A stretch of 64,000 nucleotides of DNA from Azolla caroliniana (GCA_043228905.1 JBHGNT010000016.1:13516001-13580000); one strand, 5' to 3'. Numbered from the stretch's first letter, positions 11,244 through 25,206 are shown. Numbers and translations are program-made. Notes: generated by a model not told the origin, from the sequence alone.

Positions 11244-14200
11244 TCATTGTCCCTTCAATTTCGCTTGTGTATTGCGCAAGTCGGTTTCTAGCCAGGCGAT
11301 TCGACCTTCGGAGGCCTTAAGTTTGGCTTCTACCTCTCGTTGCCGAGCCGTGAGTAGAGCCTCGAGGGTGAGGGGTCCATAGTAACGTTTGAGCTTGCTC
11401 CCATTGATGAATCCGGGGATGTCAAAACCTTCGAGCGTGCGTAGGTGACATGCTCCTGTCTTGGTAATTTCTGAAACCACATACGAGCCTTTGCCCTGTA
11501 ACTTAAGCTTCTTCTTGTGTCGTTGAGAGGAGAATTTGAGGGCCATGTCGCCTTCAGCGAGGTCTTTGTTCTTGACTTTATGGTCGTGCCACACCTTTCT
11601 ATTGGCTTTCTTTGCAAGAGTGCTTGGAATGCGAGAAGGCGAGTTTCTGTCAGCGGTTCTAGGTTCTTTAGACGTGACGAGAGGGGGTTACCGTCCCATC
11701 ATTCTTGTACGGCTATCCTGAGCCTGGGGACCAGGAACTCGATGGGTAATACTGCTTCTTGTCCGTACACTAGTTTGAATGGTGTGTGGCGAGTTGCGAC
11801 TTTGTAGGAAGTACAAAAAGCCCATAATGTTGCTTGGAGTTTGGTGCTCCAATCAGACCGTGAGGCAGCGATTATCTTTGTGAGCACTGCACATAACACC
11901 TTATTCGTGCTTTCCTCTTGTCCGTTGCATCGAGGGTAATAAGCAGAACTCTTGCGATGTGTCACCATAAATTCGCCTAGTAAATTTGCTATCACTTCGT
12001 TGAGGAAATGCGAGCCTTGGTCACTAATGATTTCGAGCGGACATCCAAACCGTACTATGACATTTTCATATAGGAATTTGGCGGTACTATGCACTTTGGC
12101 GTTAACGGAAGCTCTAGCTTTGACCCACTTGGTAGCTTAGTCGGTGGCTGTTATTATGTATCGGTTGAGGTTGGAAGCTGGACTGATTGGGCCGATAAAG
12201 TTGATACCCCATTTCTCGAATGGTTGCCATGCCACCACCGAGTATAACATATTGAAATCCGCTTTTAGTGGGTGTTTGAAACGTTGGCACTCGTCACAAC
12301 GGCATACATACTCGTATGTGTCCTTGAAGAGTGTTGGCCACCATAGGCCGGACTGGACGATCTTGTGTGCAGTGGTCTCGTGATTGAAATGACCACTTCC
12401 ACCCCCGCAATGAGCTTTTTCGAGGGTGGCGATGACATCGTGGTCTGTTACACACCTCCGAAGTAGATCATCGTTACCTCAACGGTAGAAGTTGCCATGG
12501 AGCATCGTGAAGGGGCCACATTTCTTTAACAAGACACGCGCGTGTGCCCGGGGTAGTTGTTTTAGGAAGGACGCTCGTTTAGTCAGGACTCGAACGATCT
12601 CTGATGCCCATGCTGGTACGGTGTCGATCATGAATAATGCTACATCCGGTGTTTCATCATCGACCCCAATGGCTTCTTCTCCATTGAGTATCCGGGAGAA
12701 ATGATCGGCGAGTACATGGTCTTTTCCTTTTCTCACCACTACCTTGAAGTCGAACTCGAGTAAAGTTACTATCCATCGTGAGATGCGTCCGGTGGCGTGA
12801 GTTTTGTTTACTAAGTACAGTAGGGCTTGATGATCTACAAAAAATGAGAACCGGAACGCCAAAAGGTAGTGGCGGAATTTCTTTACGCTGTAAACCATGG
12901 CCAAAGCCTCTCGTTCCGTCGTGGAGTAATTTCGTTCTGCGGCATTCAGCTGGCGACTAGCGAAGGTGACCTATAGGTTGAGTGCCCCTTCACCGGGTTG
13001 AGCTAGCACTGCACCAATCGCGCAGGCCGAAGCATCGGTGTGAATGTGGAATTCTTTGGTCAAATTTGGGGGCCGGAGGATGGGGGCCTTAGTTAGGCAC
13101 TTTTTCAAGAGCTTGAAGGAGTGTGTGCATTCTTCTGTCCACACGAACTGTTTTAGTAGGTCGCTGAGCGGTCTGGCCTTGTCAACGAACATCTTAGTGA
13201 AACGTCTATAGTAACCTGCGTATCCCATGAACCCTTGTAGTTGTTTCTCGTTCGTGGGGGGTGGCATGTCGAGGATGAGTTTTACCTTTGCCTCATCGGT
13301 CGAGATCCCGTGGCGGGACATGACGTGCCCTAATATTAATCCGTGCTTGACCCAGAACTGACACTTGAGTGGGTTGAGAGAGAGACTGCATTTTTCTAAC
13401 GTCAAGCGGAGTAGCGCCAGGTGGTCATGTCATTTCGAATGGAAACATAAGTCGTCAACATAAGACTCCACCCCTTGTCGTAACCTTGCTATGAAGATAT
13501 GGTCTGCCGCTCTTTGGTAGGTGCTCAAGGCACTCGTGAGTCCGAAAGGCATCTGTTTATACGCGAATGTACCAAATTCGGTGGCGAAGGCTGTCTTGTG
13601 TTGATCCTCAGGGACCACCGAGATTTGGTTGTGCCCGGAGAACTTGTTGATGAAGCTATAAGCTTCTGCTCCCGCGATTTTTTCGAGTAGATGCTCGATG
13701 TAGGGTACCGGGTAGTTCTCCTTGAAAGTGGCTTCGTTAACTTGGTGGTAGTCAACACATATGCGGATTTGGCCATTTTTCTTTGGGACTACTACAATTG
13801 GGGAGACCCAAGTAGTTCATTCGATTGGGTAGATAATGCCTGCAACCAACATTTTGTTGATTTCGGCTTTTACTTGTTGGGCGTAGTTAGGGTTCATTGA
13901 GCGTGGCCTTTGCGGGATTGGGCGGGCGTCGACTCGCATGGGGATACTATGGGTGATGACCTCAGCTGGGACTCCCTTCATGTCGACGTACGACCATGCA
14001 AACACATCGCTAAATTCCGTGAGGAGGGTGATCAAGGACGTCTCCTCGTCGGGTTGGAGATCTGTAGCTATGAATACCAATTTGGAGTCTGTCCCTTTCT
14101 CGAGGTTGATTTCTTTCAGCCTTGCCGGTCCATCATAGACTTGTCCTAGGCCTTGGGGGGTGCGTTGTGGTCTCTTACAAGCCACTGCCCTATTCTCTTG

Positions 14201-16095
14201 TTCATAGAGTTTGAAATGCTCAGGGAAGTCCACTTCCGTCGAAGTCTTCTGAGTGGTCATGGTGTCACCTGGACGTGTGACTTGTTGTACCAGGTCTTCG
14301 TCCTTTACGTCTACTTCTTTTTGCCATGGTTCGAGGGTGGTGACGTTGAAGCAAGAGATTGTGTCTCCATCCTCATCACAACACTTTGTACCTATAGGGT
14401 ACATTGCGTCAATTGTGGCGAGAGTGCATACCCAATTCACCTCGGACGTCTCCGAAGCGACGGATTGGTCGTCTCTCTCACGTACGTTCTCCTTTTTGGA
14501 AATGGCGATTTTTTGGGGGAACGGTTGGCGTCTGGTCAAGAGTTGAACTGTCTTTGTGGGGTTGCACGCTAGGAGGTTGGTCTTGAACTCGGTGGTTTCT
14601 AACGAATTGTCTACGACAGGGTTGCCTTCTTGTTCATGCACTTTTTGTGTGTATGCTTTGATGCGGAAGGTTTTGTTGTTTTTATGCATATAGATTATAT
14701 CGTTCCCGAAATCCATTACTAGGCGGCTTATATGTAGGAATGATCTTCCTAGTAAGCACTCATAGGCCACATGATTGGATGATCTTGTGACGACGAAGGT
14801 GAGATTGAACTCCACTCCATGGATATTGAAGTGATGTGCAGGGATCATACCTTTTGGCCTTTGGATGGACCCATTTGCCATTCCTAGTTTGACATCTGAA
14901 GGAAGCATTTTTGGGCTCCCCCACTTACACCAACATTCCTAATTGATGATACTTACCCCTGCTCTGGTGTCAATGATTGCATCACATGTCTTACCATTGA
15001 TGCAGACTGGTAGAGTGAAACTAGTATCGTGGCTCATCAACTTGTCATCTGACATCTTGTCGCTCGGGCTACAACGATGATGCAGGCTTTTCGTGCGACG
15101 TATGTAGTCCCTGACCGTTTCATTCGCTTCTTGCTTCAGGGCAAAAAATTGGTCAATTGGGTTCCATTTATTCCCTCGGCAAGCAAAGTTTATCAAGAAA
15201 TCTTCGATGACATACTCGAAATCGGTGGTGATTTCTTCATTCAAGGTTCGAAACCAAATTCCAGCTTGGTCATCAAGTGTAAGTCCAAATGCGGCTACCT
15301 TGGTGATCTCTGTGAGGGGTTCATAAGCGTGACAAATCTGTTTGAACCTCTCGACGTGATCATAGGCATCGCTAAAACCAAGGAAATGCGGTGCTAGTTT
15401 AGAAATGGAAGCACTCTTCCCGCTGTCATTTGTGAGGTTTCTCAGATGGTCTATGGGTGCTCGATCTTTTTCCATTAATGCTACAAGAGTTTGGATGGAT
15501 TGTAGCGCTAGTGCGAGTTCGGTGTTTGCGGGTGTAGGGGTAGCTTGGTCAGGTGTAGGGGTTGTGCCCATGCGTGGTGGTGTTGGGTGTTGTGTGTGTG
15601 CTTCGTTCGAGTTGTCGCCCGTTGTGCTCGAATGTGGTACGGGGCTGTGCTCCTGACCTCGGCAGTGCATGTGCGACGATGTTTCTAGGAGGTGGATTTT
15701 TTGTTGCACTCGTGCAAATCTATCTTTCCTTTTCGCCAAAGCGGCTTCGATATCTCGAGTGGTGCTTTCCGGTTGTCCTCCTTTCGCAAGTTGTACCGTC
15801 CATAGATTGATTTCGTGTTATACACCCGTAACTCTTGCGTTGTGTCTCGTATGTGTCGCTCTACACTAAGTGGGTCTTCCATTGGTCTCTCTTGTAGTGG
15901 GGGTGTGTTGAGAAGTGCTTTAGTTCCTGGGCTTCATGGGAGGTTCATGTTTGGTAGCATCCCTAGAGTTAGCCACCCTCCGTGGTACCGAGTCGAGTTA
16001 GGTGGGACGGCATCGTGGGTTTGGTTGGTTTGGCTGGACTCCTCCTGGCGTGCGGGTCGGGTTTTGAAAATCTCTGTCCGTGAGGATCCAGCCAT
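11244..16095 (-). pseudogene. gag-pol of element B (capsid, protease, RT, RNase H, integrase)
   Basis: Retrotrans_gag-like 14939-15739 (LKQEANETVRDY); AIIDTRAG protease; YVDD RT; HTDAS RNase H; ISDQGSHF integrase; INGSKLKRYY C-terminus. Confidence 0.95.
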
Positions 16096-16385
16096 GTTTT
16101 CTAGTCAAGCTTTTGTAGGTTTGTCAAAGAATGAAGCTTTCGTCGAATTATGAGGGTTTGTCGAAGGATGAATCCTCGTCGAAGGTTGAATCTTCATCGA
16201 AGGTTGAAGGTTCAGCGAACTTTGTTCTTTGGACGAACTTTGCGTGGGAAATTCAAACTTTTTGGCGCCAACGGTCGTTTCGTGTCCCGTGGGATGATCA
16301 TAAGCCGCGAGACTCACGGTGGTTATACTTGCCCTGTAACGGCTCAATCTCCACAATGTTTAGTGTTAACCGAATGAATAAACAA

Positions 16386-16598
16386 AAAATCAACGTAATT
16401 AAACTATGAAATAGTGAGGAAAAATATAAAATCAACTTAATGAAACTATGAAATAGTGAGGAAAAATAGAAAATCAACTTAATGAAACTATGAAATAGTG
16501 AGGAAAAACAGAAAATCAACTTAATTAAACTATGGAATAGTGAGGAAAAACAGAAAATCAACTTAATTAAACTATGAAATAATGAGAAAAACAGAAAA
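16386..16598. repeat. 42-bp tandem repeat (~5 copies) in the 5' UTR of element B
   Basis: Unit AAAATCAACTTAATGAAACTATGAAATAGTGAGGAAAAATAG. Confidence 0.9.
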
Positions 16599-16687
16599 TA
16601 GTGGTTCTCTTGCGATTTCTTCCTTCGTTAAGTGGTTTGCCTCCGAGTTTTTGACTACTCGAAAATAGGCTTCAAGCGTCGGTCGTA

Positions 16688-16705
16688 TCCCCGGCAGCAG
16701 CGCCA
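16688..16705 (-). promoter_or_regulatory. Primer-binding site (tRNA-Asp type, Athila-like)
   Basis: Minus strand TGGCGCTGCTGCCGGGGA just inside the 5' LTR. Confidence 0.85.
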
Positions 16706-16711
16706 AATAGA

Positions 16712-17260
16712 TGTTAACGATCTATGTATCGATGGAGTAGGCTCCTCGATGTCGTAGCGGGATTCGGACCGGCGTATACCCTCTTGATGGCAAATCAGGC
16801 GGAGGTGGTTGTCGGACACCTCCGAGCCTCACACTCAACAACTAATAGATGATTAGGCACAATATCTCTCTCAAGCTCACTCTCATAAACAATGGGGTAA
16901 TGAATGTAGACAACAAGATTAATGAATATATTTATTAACCCTCTTTGCTATGAGGTCTAGCACCAACAAAGGAGAAAGATTAGTGTTCTCTAACTAAACA
17001 CTTCACTAATCTCTCTTAAGCTTAAAGGTTACAAGAAAGAGGAGAGGAAGCTTCTAGCTCTTAATCACTTAGGAGATCTTTACAAATGGGAGAACCCTTA
17101 CAAAGCCACTACTAAGTGGTTTATATAGTTTTCACGTTTAGGGTATGGGCCTTTCACACTTGGATGTCTCTTTGCTTCTTTTCCTCATGTTGTTTCCTCT
17201 ACATCCTTGTTAATGCGCTCTTATTCGTGGTTGGTTGTGTTGTTATCCTAGCGCTTAACA
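16712..17260 (-). repeat. 5' LTR of element B
   Basis: Matches 4394-4955. Confidence 0.95.
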
Positions 17261-17399
17261 GGCACACATGCCAATGAGCCCTAGGACACAAAAAGAGGAA
17301 ACCAGAAGGTTTTCTACACAGTGCAGAAAACAATCTTCAGCCCTTAACACTCCTCGTTTTCGTCGCTCTTCTCACTCACCCTACTCCCCATCCTACCAC

Positions 17400-19938
17400 A
17401 GAGCCCACACCCGCCATAGCCAACAAACATCACCCACTAACCACGAATCTCCTCCACCTTGCTCAGATGGCTCCTCAAAAAGAGACTGGATGGATACATC
17501 AAAGTTGCCGAGGCACCTGCTCACCCTAAAGCCCTGGAAATTGCCAAGAACCTGAACATAGACATGGTCACCAATGCTACCATTTGGAAGAAGCTTGACT
17601 TATCATCGATTGGGCAGAAACATTTCGACATCCCTCATGCAGAAACCCTATAGAGATATTTCGGGGCATATTCGGTGTCTGCCAAAGCATACAAGATGAA
17701 GAAAATTCCTAACCCCTTCTTTTGAGAAATAGCCAAGTTCTTGTTGGAGGTAGGATGTGTGCACGTAAATGCCTATGGGATGCCAAGCCAAAAGGCAGGC
17801 ATCATCATTGATACCTTTGAAGGGCACGCGGTCGATTAGGGGGTAATTACAGGACCAACTTTATGCAAAGGACTGCACGCATATCAGGGCGGCAAGAAGC
17901 TAAGGCCAATCATACAACAGTATCTGACGATACTATTCCCACCTCGAGGTCTGCCTACAGCACAGCCTAGGGTTAACGCCGCCGCCACGTTCCACGAAAC
18001 GGCGGTTAGTAGAGTTGGCTACCATGGAATGGGAAGATGAACCACAACCTTCCCAGCCCAGCACGCAAACAACATAGGAAGAATGGTCGGCAAGCAGGGA
18101 GGCAAGCCGAGCAACACCAGGAAAGCCCGAGGCCGAAATGGCGTAGGCTGGACATGAAAGATGGGCGCGGACTGGTCAAAGACACAACTGCAGACATAGA
18201 CACCACCGCCTTGGTTGATAGTTCCGCGGCTACGAAGCCCAACACCAGTTTAGAAATAATCCGGGAACCACAGCTGATCATTACGGCCCAATCGCAGCGT
18301 GGGAAAGGCGTACTCACGGTGGAAAGCGAAGTCCCGGATACAACCCGTGAGTTTGGTGCGCTACTACAATTCGGAACAACTTATGAACTCATGGAATTTT
18401 TGGCAACGCAACAAATTAAGGTATCGCAGAGAATGGCGGAGGAACACGAAGAGCAACAGATGATTGTGCGTGTGCTCACACGGACAACAGAAAGTGAGGA
18501 TGAAGGGTCTCTAGCCAAAGTAAGTAGGCAACGGAATGCGGGGATTCGGCGTATGGGCATTGAACTACGTCCATTAAATGGTACCCTGGTCGAGGTACAT
18601 CGGGAATTGGCTAGAGTGAGTGTGGGGGCCAAGGAAATGGCTAGCAAGAATAAAAACGTGTGGAAAACAGTCACTAGGGCACAACGTCACTAGGGCACCA
18701 CAAAATCCCAAACCAGTAGTGGGTGAGAACCCCTAGAAACCCTACAAGAGGAGATTGCCGCACAACAGGCCATCGTTGCTAAAGCAAAAAGGGCTACGCA
18801 ATTGGCGGAGTCTGAGATTGACCGCATCTGCTCCGAACTCCGCCAATCCTCCGATAGAGAAAAGGACATCCAGGCCAAAGGCCAAAAGGAAGTGAAGGCA
18901 CTCGAAGAGAAACTTGAAGTGGAGGCAGCAACGCACAACCGCACGAAAGAAGAAAACACTAAACTACGGGACGAAGGCCAAAAGTCGAAAGCGGCGATCG
19001 AAGGACTCCAGGCGTTATTGGAAAAGAAGAAAGCATGGTACGATGAGCAGCTCATACGAGAACAGGAGGTGCGGTATTAGGTCGAAGTTTGCCTAAAAAA
19101 TGAAATGGGCCAGCTAGAGGAATTACACTTGAAAGAATCTCAAATATGGGTAGGGATGAAGAACCATTATGAGGAAGCGACTGCGGTTAATAAGCAAGAA
19201 ATCGAAAACCTCAAAAAAACCCTGGAAGAAGCGCAAAACCGTTGCCAAGTAATAATCAACTACGTGCGCATACTTCTTCAAACAAATTGGGAAAGGTTTA
19301 CGGCGCAACTACAAGCAGCGCTAGACAAAGGCTAGATGGCGTAGGCAACAGAAGCGACGGAGTTGCATACCTACCGGGCGGATTGGGAGAACCGTAGGAA
19401 AGAAGGTTGAGGTTTCTACAAACTCAATGAGGAAGGCATTGCGGCAGTACGCAAGGACCTACCACAGGATTATCGCACGCTAGCGGACCAACACTCTGAG
19501 GAACTCGCGTAGCTACTGGAAGATTTCAGCGAAAGTCAGGAGGATATGTTTCACCGAATCATGGAAGCAGGCAACACGCGGCAAGGAGCGGAGCCCATCG
19601 CAATACCAGATAGCGATACTGCCGAACAGGAGGAACCTCAACCCAATTCACCGGACATGACAACTACGGCCGGCAAAATTGAGGAATTTACGGACAGGAC
19701 AATGCCTCAGCCTACCGAGAGCCCACAGACGGAAGAGCCAGCCATGGTAGAACGGAATGAGCCAGCAAAGTTGGGTCCGCCGACGCAGGGAGAAGTTGAT
19801 GCCATGGAAACCCCCACGATGTCCGAGCAAGTACAAGACATGCAACCAAGCAACGACGTGCCTATAGGCACTATGCTATCCTCGGACCAGTACATAGGAG
19901 TAGAACCAAACATCCGGGATATTCTGGAGGAAGAATAG
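17400..19938 (+). pseudogene. Accessory ORF of Gypsy element A (N-terminal globular domain, long coiled coil, acidic tail), degenerate
   Basis: Collinear ORF pieces 17459-17653, 18037-18693, 18802-19080, 19105-19335 and 19546-19938 ending at the PPT; LLEVGCVHVNAYGMPSQKAGIII...AVD*GVITG segment. Confidence 0.7.
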
Positions 19939-20395
19939 AGGGATGGGTCTTGGCACTATCCCACAGGCGTGCCAGGTGTTGTCCACCGGAATCGTAATTG
20001 ACAAACAGAAGTGCAGAAATATTATAATATAGTAAAGCATTAAGAAACGAATGTAACGGTTCACGCGGGAAGCGTGTACGGCTAAAAACCCTGTGTATAT
20101 AAAGGGCATAAATCCTCTGTAAGAGGTAGTGTGTAATTTTGGAGTATAGAGAGTTTTTCTAATAGAATACTATCTTCACTGATCTCGGTGCATATCTGTG
20201 GCGTTCTCTGTTGCGTAATGTTAATCGTAAGGGTGTAGGCGTAAGTGTGGATACTAGTGCACTTCCTACGGAGATCGGTTGTAGCCATCTCCCTTATACG
20301 CTACTAGGATACGAGGGAGTATCCCGTTACAATTTACGATACAAAGGTTCTATTCCTTGTAACGCGGTCATCTTGAGGTCTACCTCGAAGGAATG

Positions 20396-22263
20396 AGCTA
20401 GACAATGTTCCTAATCGGTAACACTTCCGCCCAATACAATTTCGGCATGTGCTTTCTATTAAGCATAGCCCGTGCCACTTCGAGGATGTGCCGATTCTTG
20501 TGTTCAGCTAGTTTGTTCTGTTGTGGCGTATGTCCACACGAAAATTCTTGCCAAATCCCTTCTTTTCGAAGATACGCCATAAACTCATCCGAGAAATATT
20601 CGTTGCCTCCATCCGATCGAACGCACCGAATGTGTCAACTCGTAGCTTTTTCGACTCCACTCTTGAATTTTTGGAAGTGTCCGAACACTTCGCTCTTTTG
20701 CCGCATTGGGTAGATCCATGTGTGCCTCGAGAAGTCGTCGATGAAGGTTACGTAGTATCGGCATCCACCGAATGTCGTCGTTTGAGCCAGGCCCCATACA
20801 TCGGAATGAATTACGTCGAGTACACCTTTGCTCATGTTCCACTCCTTTGGAAATGGGTGCCGATGTTGCTTGCTCAATTGGTAAGCGACACACATGCCTT
20901 CAATCTCCTTCTGCTTGAATGTCAGGAGCCCAATGATGACTCCTTTCAATTGCATTGCCTTGAGCTTTTGGAGGTTGATATGGGCAATCCTCTTGTGCCA
21001 TAAATCTATGTCGGAATCGGCTTTCGTGCCTTTTGCGAACATGGCCGATTTCATCTCATGTGAGTCGAGAATGAACATTCGGCCCTCTCTTCGTCCACGT
21101 GCGATGAGTCGTCCCTCTTTTTCGAAGAAGCAACCACCTTGATTGAATTGAACTTGCATTCCGTGCTCTACAATTTGGCCAACAGAGACCAAATTCTTCG
21201 TGATAGTTGGCACATGCAAGACATTTTTTATGTAAGTTTGCTTACCTTCTTTTCCGAACAGAACATTGCTGGTGTGCCAAATCAGGTGCGTAGTGTCGTG
21301 TTCGGTTTCGACATAGCCGGGTCAGTCCGGTTCCCGAAGTTCTCAGAACCATTCTTGATGTGATGTCATATGGTTTGAGGCACCGGAATCGACGAACCAT
21401 GTGTCTTCCGGACCGGAGGCACTAGTAGAAGTAGAGGCCGACATAGAATACGCTCTATGTCCAATGTTGCGAGGTTGGCATCTTTTGGTTTGGGTCGGTG
21501 TTCTTGTGCTCCTTTGATGTAGCTCTAATAGCCTTGGCTGACAAGGTATTGGTGCATCTTGTACTCCCAACATGCAAAGTTGTTGCGATCCAACTTCTCG
21601 CTAGGGAGAGCGCTCCCCATTTGAGTAATCATTGTCGATTAAGCTTCCTTTCTTCTTTTCCTTCCCTCTCGAACACGAGCTATGTATTGGTACTACGATA
21701 GCGATGAAATGGTTCTTCTTGAACGTCGGGGTAGAGCACAACACACGATCACGATGAGACGAATGGGCTAGATCGAGCTACCAAATCACTCTCATACCAT
21801 GAAAAGAATCAATGGTGATTTTTGTGCAGTGGAATAGATGTGCGTTACTTGTGTATATGTGTGAGAGAAAAGGGAGGAGAGAAAAGAGAACTCAAGATAG
21901 ATAAAATAGAGGAAAATAGAATACTCAAGAAGAAGAAGTATATTTCACAAGTAGAATAGAGATACAAAAATGTAGCATTACAAGGAGTCACAACCAACTT
22001 AATATGAAGTGGGAGAAGGGTACTTTATATATAGTCACCCTCTCTCTTCATTAACTAACTACAACAACTACTCTCTATTGGGGAATGCGAAGACTCATAG
22101 TCATGGGGAATATGTAACTCATTAGTTATGTGTCATGGAATATGATTCTATGACACATAGTTAATATGTAGAGAGTAGTGGTGTGACTCTTGGCCTTTGA
22201 GTAATCATAGATTCTCAAAAGGTGTGTTCACACATTGTGCTATGCTGGGCTTGATTCTCAACA
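20396..22263 (-). mobile_element. Truncated Ty1/Copia element, family C copy 1 (5' LTR 21800-22263, Met PBS, gag internally deleted, PR and part of INT)
   Basis: WFVDSGASNHMT, HSDVWG, FIDDFSR; PBS TGGTATGAGAG; LTR homologous to 38603-39067 and 47610-48005. Confidence 0.9.
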
Positions 22264-22740
22264 GTAATAAGCATGAAGCACACTCAATGTCAGCACAGGC
22301 TTCAACTAGTGCCTTAGCCTCAAATAATGTATGGTTTGTCGATTCGGGAGCGTCAAATCACTTGATGTCTCAGGAAGATTGGTTTTACGAATTACGGAAG
22401 CCTGAACATCCCGGATATGTCGAAACAGGCGATGACACGACTCATCCAATACAACATCTCGGGAATGTCCCGTTCAAAATAGACGGCAAACAGACCTACC
22501 TCCTCGAATACGCCTGCATTCACGCAAACCCCTACGGCATGCCGAAGAAGAAAGCGGGATTCATTATTACGGCCTACCGTGGCAAAGCCATTGATTGGGG
22601 AGTCATAACAGGGGAAGGTGTCCATGCGGTGATCGCCTCTTTTCAATCGGGGAAATGATTTTTACCCGTACTTGCAGAATACACTGTCGTGTTGTACCCG
22701 CCCCAAACATAGTTGCCACGATAGCCATTGGCACTCCCTA
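22264..22740 (+). pseudogene. Chimeric fragment: Copia protease fused in frame to a piece of a Gypsy accessory ORF
   Basis: WFVDSGASNH...ETGDDTTHPI...KQTY joined to LLEYACIHANPYGMPKKKAGFIITAYRGKAIDWGVITG, which resembles 17740-17860. Confidence 0.75.
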
Positions 22741-25206
22741 TCGGTAACGAGTGCATTTTGCAGAAATGTGTAAGGATCTGTTGTCGATTATGAATAGCAA
22801 ACAACGCAGACAGAAAATCGGATGGGCAGAGACTTACACAGTGAGCTGTAATCGAAATCTTCTTCTTTGTTCTCACTCTCTCTCTCTGAGATACAATACA
22901 CCGAATTGAGAATCTGTTCTTCTTTGCTCTTCCTCTTATCACTCTATACAATGTTAGGTATTCGCTTATATACTAAGCCCTAACTTATTGATGAGTTCAC
23001 ACTCAGACGGATACAATTTGGAAGGAGTCAGCCTTTTATGCCAACAAACTCCCCCGTAAAAGGACTACTCTTTTGTACATATACAAATGCTTGGGGTTAT
23101 GTCCCCCGTAAACCTAGATTACAAAACTAAACTAAGTTTTATGCTACAAGTCTGTTGGCATGAAGCCAAGTCAGCAGAGGTATAGTATGAGTGTCAATCA
23201 ACTCTTACCGGCTGCTCCTTGTTCGGCTTTCTTCTGCTCGGTCGCTTGTCATAGTCCCATCTTCGTCCTTACTGTTCCGAAGCATTGATCTAGGAGTGGC
23301 TTCCTCAGGCAATTGACGATGTTCACCTCAGTGTCGATCTTCCAGACTTTGAGTTTCTTCTCGGTCACGAGCTCCCAGATATCATGATACCGCACCTCAA
23401 TGTGCTTCGTCTTCACATGGTAGATGGGATTGTTGATGAGGTGTATTGCGATATGTGAATCGCAATAGATGGTCAACGTTGGTCGCTCTATTCGGCTTGC
23501 AGTTCCGAAGTCGGCAGACAACCAGTGTAGCCAGATCTCTTCCTTCGCTGCTTATGATGCTGCTATGTACTCAGCTTTTGTGGTAGACAGAGTCGTGCAC
23601 ACTTGAAGTTTTGACCTCCATGATATTGCACAGCCACCATAGGTGAATATGTAGCCTGATATCGATTTCCGATTATCTGTATTTCTAGCATAGTCAGAAT
23701 CGGTGTAGCCTTCGACTTCGACTGAGGTTGTCAGTCCGAAAGTCAGTTGTGCATCCGTGGTTCCTTTCAGATACCTAAGGATGTGCTTGACGGCATCCCA
23801 ATACTTCCTTCTTGGGTTTGACATGTACCGGCTGACCACCGCTACGTCATCGGCTAGGTCGGATCGGGTTGCCACCATTGCATACATGATACTTCCTACT
23901 GCCGATGCATAGGGTATCTTCCCATTAAGCTCTCTCTCCTTGTCCGTCGAAGGAGAGTCCCTGTCTGATAGTCTAATCAATGTCGGAAGCCTTGTTGGTG
24001 TTGGCTTCACATTCTCCATGTTGAAGCGCTTCAGCACATTGCGGATGTAGTCGGACTGGAAGAGTCGGACAATCTTTGTCATTCGATTTTGCTCTATCCT
24101 CATGCCTAGTATGTGTCGAGCTTGTCCCAGTTCCTTCATCGCAAATTTTGCGTGAATGCTCCGCTTCAACATACTGATCTCTGTTTGACTGCTCCCTACA
24201 ATCAGCATGTCATCGACATATAGGATCAGATAGATCCAGGACTCGTCGACCAGTTGCCGAACATACATGCATGGGTCAGAGTCTGATCTGATGTATCCAA
24301 GCTGCCGTATGTAGGAGTCAAACTTCTGGTACCACATTCTCAACACTTGTTTGAGGCCATATACACTTTTCTTTAGTCGACATACGAGGTGATTGTCCTC
24401 CCCTGTCGGCGTGAAGCCTGCTGGTTAAAACATGTATATGTCTTCTTCCAGATATCCGTGTAGGAATGCCGTCTTTATGTCCATCTGCTCGAGCTCTAGG
24501 TCATTTGTCGCCATGATTCCTAGTAGGAGTCGGAGGGTGGTCATCTTGACTACTGGTGAGAATATCTCGTCATAGTCGACCCCATATTCCTGTTTGAGTC
24601 CCTTTGCGACAAGCCGAGCTTTGTACTTGGGTTTCTCTAAATCGGATACATACTTGTATCGGAATACCCATTTGCAAGGTAGCGGCTTTCTTCCTACTAG
24701 TAGTTTTACCAGCTCCCATGTCTTATTCTAGTGAATCGAGTCCATTTCGGAATTCATGGTATGTAGCCATGTTTCGGCATCCGGTGCGGCCATAGCTTTG
24801 TCATACGTGCTCGGTTTGCCTGCATCCGTGTAGTTGACATAGTCGAGACCCAATTGATAGAACTCTATTTGCCTTCAAGCTCATCCAGATCTCCTGAGTG
24901 CCGTGATGCTGGGTTCGGATCCTTCGATCGGTTCTATTGGACAATTGGTATTTGTTGAGCCATCTATATCAGGAGACTCGTTAGGTGTCCCACCCCCAGA
25001 TTGGGATTTCGGCGGTGTTTGGGTGTTCTCCCCTATAGTTGTCGACTCGGTTCTGACTTGCCTCTTAGTGACTCTGCCTTTGTCGACTCTAGTCGATTCA
25101 GCTCTGTCTTTGATGGCTTTGTCTTTGAGTTCAACGATGGAACTTGTTGCCGATTCAGTGTTGGCAGGGAAGTTGTCAGCTAGTTGGAGTTCAATTGTTT
25201 GTTGAC

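Larger units (their letters stand above)
4394..17260 (-). mobile_element. Full-length Athila/Tat-like Gypsy element B (12.9 kb) nested in element A
   Basis: Two LTRs TGTTAA...TTAACA; flanks GGCCC/GGCAC (4 of 5 match, decayed TSD); PBS and PPT on the minus strand; gag-pol on the minus strand. Confidence 0.95.
1..20396 (+). mobile_element. Ty3/Gypsy LTR retrotransposon A (non-chromovirus), degenerate; 5' end outside window, interrupted by element B at 4394-17260
   Basis: PR-RT-RH-INT order on + strand (700-4230); accessory ORF resumes after 17260; purine tract near 19926-19948 followed by a probable truncated 3' LTR with a TATA-like motif near 20095. Confidence 0.8.
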
